Assembly: GCA_051942245.1 (NCBI GenBank)
Contig: JAVECL010000060.1
Coordinates: 1 to 64,000, forward strand
Length of the DNA: 64,000 bases
Reading direction: 5' to 3'
From: Trypethelium eluteriae
Taxonomy: Eukaryota
Positions within the stretch are counted from its first letter, which is position 1, and the number at the start of each line of letters is the position of its first letter. The position numbers were made by a program, and so were the translations under genes. Below the pieces are notes generated by a model. It saw nothing but the letters and a program-made list of their open reading frames with translations, was not told the origin of the DNA and did no database searches. Of this stretch, positions 39,124 through 52,526 are shown piece after piece.

Positions 39124-39616
39124 CAGAGGAACCATGGAAGGGTAGCACCTACCTACGCCGGTAGACCTTCACTTTCTCCAGCTTGGCTAGCTCACTTAGG
39201 AATTAGACATAGACATCAGAATGCAAGCTTCACGACCACACTCAATTTACCACTACGTCCCCCTTTTCACGGACGCAGTGTCATCAACCCCCCAGATACG
39301 GAGGGAGGGGCGACGGGCTGCAATTGTCTTGGTATTGACTAGCGCACCCCCTTAGCGGCTGGACTCAGATGCGTCAGGGTAGCAATACAGACAGTGACGC
39401 ATGTAGGTTTTCGATGAACTAATCTTTCATTATGGAGGATTATTGGTGCAGGCTGCACGCCCGGCTATCTGCAAGAAATTGTCGGAAGAATCTTGTTCCG
39501 AACCGGAGTTATCTCCGGCGTCCTCCAAGGTTCGGCCGCATAGCGAGCGTCGGAGCTACCCCGGCCCGGGTCCATAAGTCCATACCCTCACAGAAGCGTT
39601 CCCTGCAAAAAACGGC

Positions 39617-40979
39617 TCATTTCGCCGCTCTAACAACATCGTCAACAGCCTCAGCGAAATACCTCACATTGCCACTGTTCAGGCCCGCCATGCTGATTCT
39701 CCCAGTCTCAACCATGTATACATGCCACTTTTCCCTCAGGCTCAATACCTGACTTTTACTCAAGCCTGTGAAGCTGAACATGCCAATCTGGCTGGTGATA
39801 TGACCCCATTGACCCGGCGTCTGTAGTTGATCAAGTCCTTGCTTCAGACTCTCCCTCATTGTATTGATACGGCCTGACATCGTACGCAGATCTTTCTCCC
39901 AATCAGCGCATATTTCCTTATCGTTAAGTACAATTGATGCAATCTTAGCCCCAAAGAGAGGAGGAGTAGAGATTTCTGATCGTTGAAGAATAGCCAACTG
40001 AGATGCGACGCGCTCCACTATCTCTTGTGCCCCTGACCCGGGACAGGCGATGTAATGGAAAGCACCAACTCGTTGGCCGTATAATCCCATATTCTTGGAG
40101 AACGACTGAGCAATCGCAAGTTCGAACCCATGGTCAATGAAATAGCGAATTGCGAAATTATCTTGTGCGAGAGAACCCGATGCAAAGCCTTGGTAAGCAC
40201 AGTCAAAGAACGGAAACAATCTATTAGCTCGTATGATCTTTGCAATCTTCCCCCACTGATCATGCGTGGGGTCTACTCCTGTCGGGTTGTGGGCGCACGC
40301 ATGCAGGAGGATGATACTACCTGGGGGAGCAGACCCCAGAACTGATATCATTCCGTCAAAGTCCATCATTTTTGTTTTCGAAGAGAAGTAAGGGTACTCT
40401 TTGATAGCTAGACCAACATTATTGAAGATTTGATCGTGGATCGCCCAGGTTGGCGAAGAGAGATATATTGCAGGAGTTGGTAAAGGCAGAAATCTGGATA
40501 GCAGTGCTCCACCGAGATGAACGGCTCCAGTACCGGAAATCGTCTGGAAAGAACAGATCTACCACGGTCAGAGATTTAGAGACGTACATAACCTAGAAGC
40601 TGTATAGGTACGTACTCGGCTTTCCCTAATGGCTGGAGAGTCCGCACCTACAATAAGTCTCTGTGCAGCATTTATGAACTCAGGCAAACCAGCGATGGGT
40701 AGATATTCATGGTCGAGGTCAGGATCGCATTGGTATAATTGCTCGGCCTACCGATTGTCAATGGAGGGTCGACACCCCTAGTGGTCGGTTGCGGCGCACT
40801 TTCTGCACAGCTGGAAGGACCCATGGCTTAGCATTATCATCTCTGTACACACCAACGCTCAGATCGATCTTTTTGTCCGACTTATCCGATAGGTAAGCAT
40901 TTACAAGCCCATAAAGAGGGTCCTCGGGCGCCTGAGGAACATTTTTGGCGCTGAGGGCAGACTCCGGAGAGGATAGCAT
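39617..40979 (-). CDS. PLP-dependent aspartate/aromatic aminotransferase (class I), 3 exons
   Basis: VPQAPEDPLYGL, DLSVGVYRDD, QTISGTGAVHLG, LHACAHNPTGVD, FDCAYQGFASG, SFSKNMGLYGQRVG (PLP lysine), GRISMAGL. Confidence 0.93.
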
Positions 40980-42207
40980 AATGAAAGATACAGTGATGTA
41001 TCAGCAGTAATGCAAGCAAAATCAGAGCAGAAACTTGTTCCCTCTAACGACAAAAATGCCACGCTGCTTGCGCCCAGATATATAGCCATGTTCTGGTAGA
41101 ACTTTATCGCCGAAAGTCACATTTGTGGGGATCAACCTACCTGAGCGGTGATCATCACATAGTCGCTCAACACACGAAGGACTTTAGAGTCTAATACCAA
41201 AGGAACAGGAGATCGACTTAGCTTGATAAGGAAAGATTGCAGAAGTCACAGCTCACGGAAGAAGAGAACCTATGTTCCGTAAACGGCGTAAATCGCCACC
41301 AGGATGAGCCTTTCATTTCTAAAAACTGGACAAATAGGCATCGGAAGTCTCGGAGGACTCTACTCACTCGCTCGAATTCCCATCCCGCTACCAAGCACAT
41401 ACAGGGTAATCCTGCTGTTCGACACAGCAAATAGTTTCAACATATTGTACCCAATGACAGATATGGAGTTTCCCTGTCCAGTCGTAGCTTAAGTGCAGCT
41501 GCGATCTGCTAGCCTTTTTAGTCCGAAGAGAAATCAGGTAAAGCTCGAGCATAAGAACTTTACTACTCTCCACTACTCCGTACCGGCTTCCAGGTTTAGC
41601 GACGTGAAGTACCAGAGCACAGCATGAATGTTGCATCTCCACTGAAGGATCCACTTCAAGGAGACTACTTTGTTAGACGACAGGAAATGACTTTCCCCAC
41701 GCCCAAAGCGTACACTAATGAAAACTTGTCATATTACCTCTAACAGACTCTGGGTTGTTTCCGACTGATTGCAGCTGCCCTCAGTTTTGTAGATTATGAA
41801 AGAGGCAAGCTTGTCACTCTGAGTGTATAGCAACTGTTCGACCTGTCTCGGGGAGACTTCAGCTTATCTATTTACCTTCTCTAGGTCGTCATATCAGGTA
41901 TGTGATGAAAGACGCAATGAGTAAGGCAGGAAAAGCCCTCGATAGATGCCAGAGGTGCGTTCTGTATTCCGGCGCACCCAGTTGAGCACACAGAGCAGTC
42001 CGTAAAGATTGCGAGATAAGGGTATATGCGAACTCAGTCGTTTCGCGAACATGTTGAGGTTGCACTGCGCGAGCAGCCCTGAAATATCGCGATCACCAAA
42101 AGCTGCTGTCTAAAAAAAAGTCGTAGTTCAGAGTTGGCGTCGATGACAGCGGGGATAAAGTCAGGGGCTGGGAAATTGGTATTAGGCGCTTGTGGCTTTT
42201 CCATATC

Positions 42208-42392
42208 TACCTTACGGCGGCTGGGGGGTTCCCCAACAGGTAATCAATACAATGTTATTTCAAATTCACTGTTATGACCATGTTGGCCCATGTTAAGGCG
42301 GTGTTAACATGGACTAACAAGGTCTTAACAGTAAATTCGAAATAACATTGTATTAATTACCTGTTGGGGAACCCCCCAGCCGCCGCAAGGTA
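42208..42392. mobile_element. Foldback/MITE-like palindrome: 89-bp inverted arms, 7-nt loop, TA at both ends
   Basis: taccttacggcggctggggggttccccaacagg...catgttaa ggcggtg ttaacatg...cctgttggggaaccccccagccgccgcaaggta; about 8 mismatches between the arms. Confidence 0.85.
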
Positions 42393-43260
42393 CTCTAGAC
42401 TCCTCACCGCTTCCGGCGTAGCACATACAGCGACCACTACATCCCCAGACTGCTGACAACTCCACGTCTCGCCCAGTAGACCGCTCGCAGCTCCCGGAAT
42501 CCTTGCAGACCATAGTAGGCTCCTGGAATACCTCAGGTATTAGTTGCTGATGCAGAGCTTGGCAAGTTCTGATGGTTGCGCGGTGTGAGATCAGCTGAAG
42601 TTCCAATGCCTTTATGCCTCTATATACATTGCCTTCATGAAGCTTATGAGGCACGTCCGTCCATACCTGCGATGGTACCACCCAGGAGACTACGAGCCTT
42701 AATAGTGAGAGACGGGAAGATGACGACAACACTGTCTACTTGCCGTGACTCTAACCCACGAAGGGACTACTAGCCTTGCACATCTCACTCCTCTCTGTCT
42801 CCGTTTGCAATATGGAATATAAAGCTATTTTTCGCTTATTCCAGCTGTGGCGTGCTCCTACATAGCTGTATTTAAAGCCACAGCTGAAAAGGCTAATTAA
42901 TACTGTCCCCATGAACCTTTTCGCTGTTACATGGTGTTTATACAGGGTTACCTCATCGTAACCTTTGGCTCAATCTTACCGTCAGGTGGTATTTGCACAA
43001 TGTTACACAAGGATTGCTAAACGCAGCCTTCGGCTTGATCTTGGCGCTCAGCAAAGCAAAGAACTTGTGGCTTCCAGGCTCGAATCTCGGGCAGACCGAT
43101 AAATGCATCAGCGAAGGTGGGTGATAGAAGTCATAGAGTTATCAGTATGAATAATAGCCTCTTCTCTCGGCTTGTGTCGTCTTTTCTGAAAATTTGAAGT
43201 ACATAGCCTTTTCACTGCTTCTCTGCTTCCGCTCAAAGCCTCAGCATCAAGTTCATCACA

Positions 43261-44140
43261 ACGGCACCAGCAATTCCCGGTTTCAACTTCGTCTGGGTTG
43301 ACGACTTCAATGGAGCCACTGGACTGCCGACCAGAAAAAGTGGAACATCATCCAGAAAGGCCCCAACAGAAAGAGTGGCGAAGTCCAAACGTACACCGCG
43401 TCCACTCAAAACGTGTCCCTCACTGGCTCCGGCCAACTGCACATCACCCCCCAGAAAGACGGCAACGGCAACTGGACCTCTGCCCGTCTCGAAGGCGTGC
43501 ACGCCTTCTCTTGCCCGGACAACGGCAAAATGATCTTACAAGCCGAGCTGCGTACCGGCATCGATCCTGTCACCGAGCAGGCCGGCGTCTGGCCTGCCTT
43601 CTGGGCCCTCGGTGGTTGGATCCGCTCGCATAACACGCCGTGGCCTGAGTGCGGCGAGTGGGACATCATGGAGAATTCTAGCGGGGCCGGCTTCACGCTT
43701 GCGTCGTTGCACTATGGACCAGATGGCGATCCGGTGCATGAGAAGTCGCAAGGAGGACAGCTGAATAGTGCGGCGGAGAAGAGCATGCCGGTTGAGGAGT
43801 TTAATACGTATTCGCTGATGGTAGATCGTACACCGAGTAGATGGCAGGATGAGACTCTGACGTGGAGTTTGAACGGGAAGCCGTGGTTCTCGGTGAAGGG
43901 CTCGGAGTAAGTTCTGCGGTCAGAAGAAAGAAGAATCGCTAATGATGATGTGTTTATAGTGTTAATGACCACACTTTTTGGACCAACTGTGCACACAAAG
44001 CTTTTTTTCCAATCGTCAATGTTGCAATTGGAACCAACTTCCCTGGTTCCTCTAATAATGGTCAGCCTAACACTCAGACCGTTACGGGCTTGGGCAGTGG
44101 CATGCAGGTCTTGTATGTTGCCTTCTACAAGTCGCAGTGA
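43261..44140 (+). pseudogene. GH16 beta-1,3-glucanase (laminarinase-like), probably disrupted
   Basis: WVDDFNG, EVQTYT, WTSARLE, GVWPAFWALG, WPECGEWDIME (ExDxxE), NVAIG, MQVLYVAFY. The N-terminal WVDDFNG segment is out of frame with the rest (about 43328), and ACG sits where ATG is expected. Confidence 0.75.
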
Positions 44141-44702
44141 TTGCGTGGAGTGAACACGTGAACATCCATTCCACAACATGAGAATTGGAGACGTACAGGA
44201 TTATCTTCAGGACGGGAGGAGAGGCTGTGGGATTCTCCAATTAGTTAGCCCTGCTTTACCGGCGTTGGTTAAAAATAGCCGAATAGAAATTAAAATTGAC
44301 ATTATCTGCTCGTCTTCATAGATATCGTCGAATGGTTACCTCGAACTGACAGATATAAGCACAGAGGTTGAGAAGGTTAGTCTGGAAAATGAGGAGTGAC
44401 TATGGGTGCCGTTCGAACCACGCCTCCCTAGCAAGTGAAGCGAGTAGAAGCATAGCAGTTGCCTACAATACCAAGGTTTTCTGCTTGTTTTTTTCTTAGT
44501 CATAGAGTTATCGATACCTTACTGGCGTATTCAAAACCGTACACATTTCTGACCAGATTCATGTCTATCATTAGCGGGTCCATTAATATCTATGCTGCAG
44601 GGTACCATAGAAAAAGCCGGAAGTATGGGCATTCTTCACGTATCAAAACCGATCCATACAAGACATATCGGACGAACATCTATTACTGAGTTATGAAATC
44701 GA

Positions 44703-46382
44703 TTACGCCCAATACTCATGCAAATGATGCTGATTCTTGAATTTCATCCACCGGCAAGCAAGTGGAAACAAAGCAGTGTTCACCGCTCCCCAGGCTATCA
44801 GCACACCAAAGTTCAACCCTATCTGGCTGTGCAGACCGAACAAAATTTGTCGACTCGCTTGAACGACTGGGATCATGTTAGCTTGTAAACGTAAGACCTG
44901 CTAGACAACACAGAAGCTTTACCATGATGCAGAGGCCATGCATAGCCCCAATAGAAGAAATGCGGCTCAATGTCGATGTCATAAAAGGCAGTGCTAACGT
45001 TCGTTATTACCCAGAAGATAAGCCATAGCCCTGTCCAGGGTTGGCCGACAATCATCGCGACGTTCTCGCAGGCGAGACCTAAAGCAATCATGCCCCAGTA
45101 ATTGAGCATCCAGTATACCAGAAAGGTACCTTTTCCATATCCGTCTGGATTACCGTATGATGTGACAGTGACCTCGGTTTCCGAAGTGACGGGATTCCCA
45201 CCGGAAAAGTTCACAAGAAAAGCAAGAGATAGCAATGAGTAGGCCAAAGAGAGGAACAGATAGGCGACTACGGTAGCCAACCACCTCCAGGCCACGAGTT
45301 GCCAGAAATGGAGCGGAGGATGGCCCTCCGGCTTAAGATACTTCATGTGGATGGGAAGGTAGAAGGAAAAGGAGAAGAAAGACAAGATAATTAAGTCTAT
45401 CGACTGTGAGCAAACGTGGAGAAAGGCAGGAAGTAATACTCACAAATCAATCCAATGCTGACGGAGGGTATCGTAGTATAAGGAAAAAAAGGCCGTAGAT
45501 TATATTGCGAAAAGCCAATGGCAGGACTCAGTGCTTGAGGCGCTTGCTGAATGTTCCGAAGCACTGTGGGGTCAGAAGCGTTCTCCAGTACCATACCAGT
45601 CCACATTTGTCCGACACGTTGCGTCGCTTCTGTCATGTACTGATCCAATAATGGCAAAATAAAGTCATAATAGTTCGTATCATCACGAGAGTCCTCGTAG
45701 ATCAACTGCACGGCACCTTGCGGATCGTAGGATTTGTTACCTGTCTCGATTGCAGAATATAGCATCCCGGTAGCATTTGGGTTGATGATTATCGCAGCCC
45801 AGCAATTTTCATCGAACACCGCTTGTCGCACCTGCATCGGATCATTTTCGAAGTTCTCTGGCGGCAGAGATCCGTATCCCAGTGAGGGCTGCCCCGAGGA
45901 TACCATCTCTTGTCCTAGCTGAACCAATGTAGGGCCAACAATGGGCGGGTGAGCATTGTATGGAGCCATTCCATCAAAGTCTACAATGTATACGACGAGT
46001 GACCCCAAGTTCTGCTCAATGTGGAAAAAGACAGCCCAGTCTGAGACTCGAGTTAGATAAATGGGTCAGAAACGCGCCGGGGTGGATCTTACTCACATAT
46101 GGACAAGATGGCCATGATAAACGCCATGAGCACCACTGTTGTGAGGAGCCATTTCGAGAACGCTTCTCGGCGAACATGTTTCAACCTCGAGTCCCAAAAG
46201 CCCACTGGCGCCAGCGATCCTCCGTCTCCTTTCTCTGCTTGCGCGCTATCTTCGCCGCTGGAGTTTCCATTCTGTAGATGACCGTTTTCCCGAGGTCCAT
46301 GACGAGGGTCTCCATCCTCAGTGGCTTCGCCTTCCGACTGGCGCAGACGGGCACTTGGCTGGTTTGACAGAGCTGAAGACAT
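44703..46382 (-). CDS. SNG1-like (DUF3533) multi-pass membrane protein
   Basis: VYIVDFDG, VRQAVFDENCWAAIIINPNAT, NLRPF, FLVYWMLNY, WLIFWVITNVST, FYWGYAWPLH, IGLNFGVLIAW. Confidence 0.85.
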
Positions 46383-47186
46383 AACGTCCAAGAAGTCTGC
46401 TAGGCCGAGAGAATGAAGACCAAAAAATACACAGAAGCGAAAGGGATTACGCGGACTCAGAGAGGGGATGTCGGAAGAAGATTCGATAGTATAAGTCTAA
46501 GTAGACCAGCATCACGAATGATATGACATGACGGAATCAACGAAAACAACAACTGTGCCCCATTAACATTCGCGGATTTGGGTAAAGTGTCAACTGAGGG
46601 CCCCACAGGCATCAGGCCAACCAATGAGCTAATCTCATCCATCGCTGTTGAGAACCGTTTAGCCGGATCGAAGTCGGCAATGCAAAAAATCTAAGAATGC
46701 CATCATGACGCACATATTCTGGATCGGAGTGCTCGGGCCGCGTGTTGCCGAGGCATACGTAGTAAGCTCTCATAAAGATCCCTGTCTAGTTACCCGTGGC
46801 ATCGGAAGAAAATGCAAGGGTGTCGCGCTTGAACAGCTCCGACAACCGCGTTCGCGCAGTCGATCGCCAAAGGCACATACAGGATCGATTGACCTACAAC
46901 ATCGTAGCATCTTTCAGAAGCCATCAATTGCTTCATGTGTTTCTGTGTGTGGAGAGGATGACTGCTGCGCGGTCGTCGGCCGCTCCTTGTCGATAAGTCA
47001 TCTCAGGAAGGTACATCCCATGTTTGTTTACACTTCCCGAGCTTGAATCCACCACGCGATAGTTGGAGAAGCAGCGCGTCGACTCCTTCCCAATCCATGC
47101 GCACAGCACTGGAAGCTTGTTTTCTCTTCTCTAACAACCACATTCTCCATCGCACCATTATGTGAGGCTCACGCGCACGCTACGCC

Positions 47187-50100
47187 ATGGTTGTCGTCGT
47201 TCCACCTCCGGCAGAGCTGTCTATAGAGACGCTCTCGCTTTTTACTACCACCGATCCATTCCTGTCTAATTCGCCGATCTTCATTTTCTATGGCCCGTCC
47301 GCCAATACCACCGGCACCTCGAGCAGTTCCCGTATTCAATCGCACATTTTCGCTGCTCCGGGCTTACAATCTTATCCGCGTCTCATCGTTTCCCCCGGCT
47401 CACCACTCTACGCAGCTGTGAACGGATTACCGAGAGAAGAACAAGGTGACGAAATATCCCGCGGGCTGGCGTTTAGTCTGTACAAGTATTTCTTGGATGT
47501 CCCCGAAGAGATCAAAGGAGCATGGGCAGAACAACTTTTCTCGACGAGAAAACCGCCTTCCGCGTTCAACCTTTTTAGCGATACTCATGCTGCACTTTTG
47601 GCAAGCCGTATGAGCAAGATCGACAATGTCCAAGAGGTGGCGAACGACATTCGCTTGTCCTTGGCAAAGCAATCCGTATCTTGGGTGGATGTTGACCTTT
47701 CGCTACCATTAGGATCAATGCAGAAATCTGAGCAAGCTGAGCCAGATGGACAAGACGAGCCAGAGGATGACTTCGCAACATCTAGATATGGCCAGCATTC
47801 CGCTTTGTTGAAAGCTTTTGGGGAACCGGCTTTCATCCCAACATCGAAATTACGCAGAGCACCTTCAAGACCAACAGCAATCAACAGAACGATGTCCTTT
47901 TCTAGAAAACAAAAAGAGGTTCTTCGACGAGAGATGTGCGAATTTGTAGATACAGAGGAATCATATGTCAGCAAGATTTATGACCTTGTGCACAGCGTGG
48001 CAGCAGACTTTCGTCAGAAGGCTGAGAAGAGAGCGCCAAGTTCAACAAGCCCAACTTCCCAAGCTTTGGCTGGCCTATTCCCGCCGAGCTTGGATGAGAT
48101 CCTCAAATTAAACACCGGTTTCATGGAGTCTATTCGATCTGTACTTGAAGAGACTGAGAACACTGCGATTGCTGATATCGATGCCTCCGAAGATCATCCT
48201 TCACAGCCTTTCAACCCAGGCGAAACAAAACATTCGGATATCACGGGTGCCATGTCATTTGCAAAGTGCCTTGTCGAGTGGTTTCCAAAGTTTGCTGATT
48301 GCTATGGCGATTACATGCAAGTTCACGCAGACGTTTCGCAACTACTGAAGATTTTTCTGAAAGACATCGGTTCCAGCTTTTCAAAGCGGGTCCAGGAGAC
48401 TGGAGAGCAACGATTGACTTCCATGCTTATCGAACCAGTCCAACGGCTTCCACGATATAACTTGTACATTGATAACATCATCAAGCAATTGCCAGTTCGG
48501 CATCCTGCTATCAAACTACTCCTTCGAGCACGGGATGTGATTGGCGAAATTTGCTCTCGTGATGATCCAAGCAAGAACCAGTCCAAAATAATCAACCGTC
48601 TCCAAGGCCTAATATCGAATTGGCCGAAAGATTTTCGTCCTAGTGGCCGACTCATCACGGCAATGGATGTCGTTGAGCTGGCACCGCCCTATCATCTGGT
48701 CCATTCTCGCCAAGGCTCCGGGATCATTTTACTCTTTTCCGACTATGTTATCATGCTCGCAAAAAACTCCATCTCCGCAATGACTGCACGTGGTATCCTT
48801 GCCGAAATCGACAAACCTGAAACGAATAGTCTCGCTCGCAATGATCGTCCTTCTACTCCACAAGACCTTACTTTTCTTCAGACGCTTGCGCTTCCGCACG
48901 CCCACTTCACTGAGCTGGAAGGTGGGAGCACTATTCAAATGCTTTGCCCAAAGACCACAGCACCGGCGCCGAACGACCCTGGTTTGGTGAACCTTATTGC
49001 GAGGGCTTTCTACCTTACTGGTGGGTACGAGAACAAAGCGTCACGATGGATCGAAGAGGTTGTGAAAGCTCGTGTGGAAGGGCGATATCCTGAGAGTCAA
49101 CGAGAGAGTCATGCATTTGATGTAAGAAGCACACATGACAATGTAGAAAACATCAGCCTTTTCACAGCGATCTCGGAAACCCAACAGCCACCAACCGATG
49201 GTCGGGGTGATTCGGCCCGCATACGGGTATCAATTGAGTCTGTGAAGAGGGATGTCACGGAAGCAGAGAAACAAGAAGTTGATGTGCTCGCTCTTGTGGT
49301 ACCAGCGGACGACAACGTTTACCGAATTGAAATCCACAGTCGTCACGATCATACCTCGCGCAACCATGTCAAAGCCGAAGGCGTTCTGCCACTACTCAGC
49401 AAGAAAGGTATGATGAGGTTGTGAGCTTAGGCAGAACCTTTGGCTGATTACTTTAGTGGCCATATCGCTTCGATCATCGAACACACTCTCGAATCCTCAA
49501 ATGACTACGTGTCTACTGACACGTAACGAGCAGATCCTTCAAATCCTGCAGTCACTCCATGTTTACCGTGAGCCTTCTACTCAGGACTTCCCCGATCAAG
49601 GTCGAGAACGAGGTGGGAGCATCCGAGCACCTTCCCCAGTTAAATTGCTTTCCAATCTGTTCGGTGGCAGCACCAGGGAAGGCTTTAGTGGTGGCCCCCG
49701 GAAGTTCCAGCGACAAGCTCCTAATCTGGGTGAAATACCTCGTATGGTCCCGCCGACGCAGACTTCGAGGCCTACAACCCAGGACAGTGCCAAATCATGG
49801 GACGATGCGACTTCTAAATTAAGCGTACCATTGAGCAGTACAAGTGCTGCATCCAATGCGCTTCTCAAATTGGAAGAGACTTTGGCAGCTTACGTATTGG
49901 CACTCCATGCCCGAAAGGGCAATGTTGTTGGGAAAACCTTACGAGCTCGAGCCACGGCCGACGAACTTGCCGTCAACGAGCTTTACAATGTCATGCTCGA
50001 GAACCCTGATAACCATCAAATGGCGGCCCAGTCTTCGGTAGATGTTCTCTTCGCATCATTTGAAAAATTTGTGAAAGCAGCCTGGGCCGATAAGATGGGC

Positions 50101-51915
50101 CCTATCGTCCCTGCGCAGACGATGACGGAAATGCAGAGCCAATCAGAAAAATTGTTCCCAGTCGACTTTGAGGATTACTTTAGATCCACCTTTTTTCAAC
50201 TGTCGCCTCAAAACCAACGTGGGTTCAAAGCCATTGTGAGGCTTCTTGCAGATCTCCTTGATGGTACAGGCAACGACAGCGACCGAGGCATTTTGACCAT
50301 GGCCTTTGCTGAGATCCTAATAAACCAAGGAAATCCTCACGACTTCTTTTCTCTTTTGGATCGATTCGTTGACGATGTAGACTCCCTGTTTGGCGATATC
50401 ATTGATGTTGGAGCGACAACACCTTGTGAAGATCCCACGATCTCCCACAGACACGAGCGTACGGCCAATGCCAGCTCGATAAGCTCAAATACTTCATCGC
50501 TCCGGAAACGATTTGGCTTGAGTACACTGTCTAGAGAAAACAGTAAAAGCGAGCAGGAAAGCAAAGGAGGCTCCGTCTGGCGAACTTTGAGTAAGACTGG
50601 ACGGTCCAATGTCAACCAACCAGCAACACTTCCAAGAGGGTCCCTCATTCGCTCGCAATCGACTGATGAACGTGTTCGAACTTCACCCCCTCGCAGACCA
50701 CCTTCCCGGGATAGACCTACGGTTCTCGGCGCGTTTAGCTTTGAGGACCCATTGCACAATAGGAGCCCTTTCATGCCGGGCTCTCCTCTTGGAACTATCG
50801 GCGAGACGTCCTCTCCTACCCCTGGTAACGCAAGTGGCCCACGGAAGAAGCGCCGGAGTTCTTTATCGGATCTCAAGACCCTACAAGAAGCAAAAGAGTC
50901 ACCGTCATCTTGGACTCCTCGCACGCCTGGGAGTAATGGCACTGTCATTCGACGTCAGATCTCCTTGCAGCCTTCACCTCGCACACCTTCTCCAACCAAG
51001 ATACCTATCTCTACTCCATCTTCGCGCCTCGGATCACCCGGGCCCAAAGAAAACTCGCCCACTTTGCAGCGACCCATGAGAAAGGAGCCTATAACCAGTG
51101 TTGAAAGAAGTGCTACAAAGCGCCGTAATGTGTCCGGCATTCCGACACTCAAGCCCACCAGCAGCAACAGTGGTGCTCTCACCGAACATCCGGGCTCGGG
51201 CAACAGTGCAAAAATTCCTCTATCACATTCTACGCACACATCACCCACCAAGCTTCCCGTGGCCGCAAACACGCCTGTTAAGTCACCCAGTGTGACAACC
51301 GGATCTCCTAAGAAATTGCGCATGCAGAGTCCACAGAAACTCCGAGAGCGTCTTCAGAATGAGCAGAAAGCCATCGCGACGACAGCAACGTCCTTTGAAA
51401 CCGAGATTTCCTCGATTCGTGCAGAAATGGATGCTGTCAGTTGCAAGGATACACAAACATCTCACGCCGCACGTCCTTGTACTGGAACGAGTGCATCTCC
51501 CGGATCACCACAGGGTCCATCCTCACACTCGCAGAACACGTCAGACCTTACTTCGCTGTCAGCTCGGCTCGGCTCCCTCGAGTCTACCCACCGCGCTACC
51601 ATCTCAACCCTGACTCAACGTCTAGAGTCGCTCTCCTCGGATGTCAACACATCTCTCCAAGTCTCCGAGTCGAAGGCTCGCAAACTCGATGACTTGTACA
51701 AAGAAGCGAACGCTGAAAATGAAGCTTTGTATGCACGCTTCAACGATGAGCTCGCGAAGATCTTGAAGAATGTGAAGAATAGCCCTGATAGCGGTGTTGA
51801 GGTACTGAAAAAGAAACTCGCGGAAGCGCAAGAGGATGCTACCAAGGGGAAGAGAGAAGTGGCGAGGTTGAAGCGAGAAGTTGTCGGATTAAGGGCTCAG
51901 TTGAGGGATGGCTAG
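47187..51915 (+). CDS. BUD3: Rho guanine nucleotide exchange factor Bud3 (DH domain), 2 exons
   Basis: REMCEFVDTEESYVSKIYDLV and LIEPVQRLPRYNLYID (DH domain); intron 49409-49456; C-terminal KKLRMQSPQKLRERL and ENEALYARFNDEL coiled coil typical of filamentous-fungal Bud3. Confidence 0.82.
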
Positions 51916-52526
51916 TCTGGTAATGGTCGTCCTTGGGAGTATCAGCATCCTCCAGGCATTTTCGCTATTGTCTTCGAGGCGTATTGAGTGCATTCAGAAA
52001 ATGTCCGCTCATGACAGAAGATTTTGGAGTTCCGCCAGAGACGGGCTTGATGAAGTGAGAGGCGGGTGCTTGCGACTTAAATGTTTCCCAGAACTCTTTC
52101 GAGTGGGGACGCATCGCTTCGAATTGCTTCGAATTCGGTCATGTAGGGAGGAAGGCAATTGCTCAACTTCACGGGTTTTCTTACGACTTTTACGACTTTG
52201 CTGGGCTGCAACTTGTAGCGACTTGTGCATATAGCTTTTGGCGCGGCGTTGGTATCTATTAAGGGCTGTACGCAGTATTTTCCCCTGGTTTCCGGCGCGC
52301 CAAAAGCTTTGCTTTGTATTTATATCCAATGTTCACATAGCACACTCATGAACATACCATCTCGATATTCCAATGTAGCTTTTTTTCTCTTCGACGCCGG
52401 CACTAATGCGGCCTCAAGAAATTATCTATCATACAAGTATCCTCCCTCCTTTCTTCCCCGCCCTCACCGTTGGCTAATCTTGCTCTATTAAATTCTCTTC
52501 CTCTACTCCTCTACTGCTCCTCTACC

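Noticed and set aside
41200..41500. Possible kinase-like gene relic (FNILYP...)
   Set aside because: The resemblance is too short and no catalytic motifs were found.
12000..44200. Whole accessory block as a Starship giant transposon
   Set aside because: No DUF3435 tyrosine recombinase captain or boundary repeats were seen in the window.
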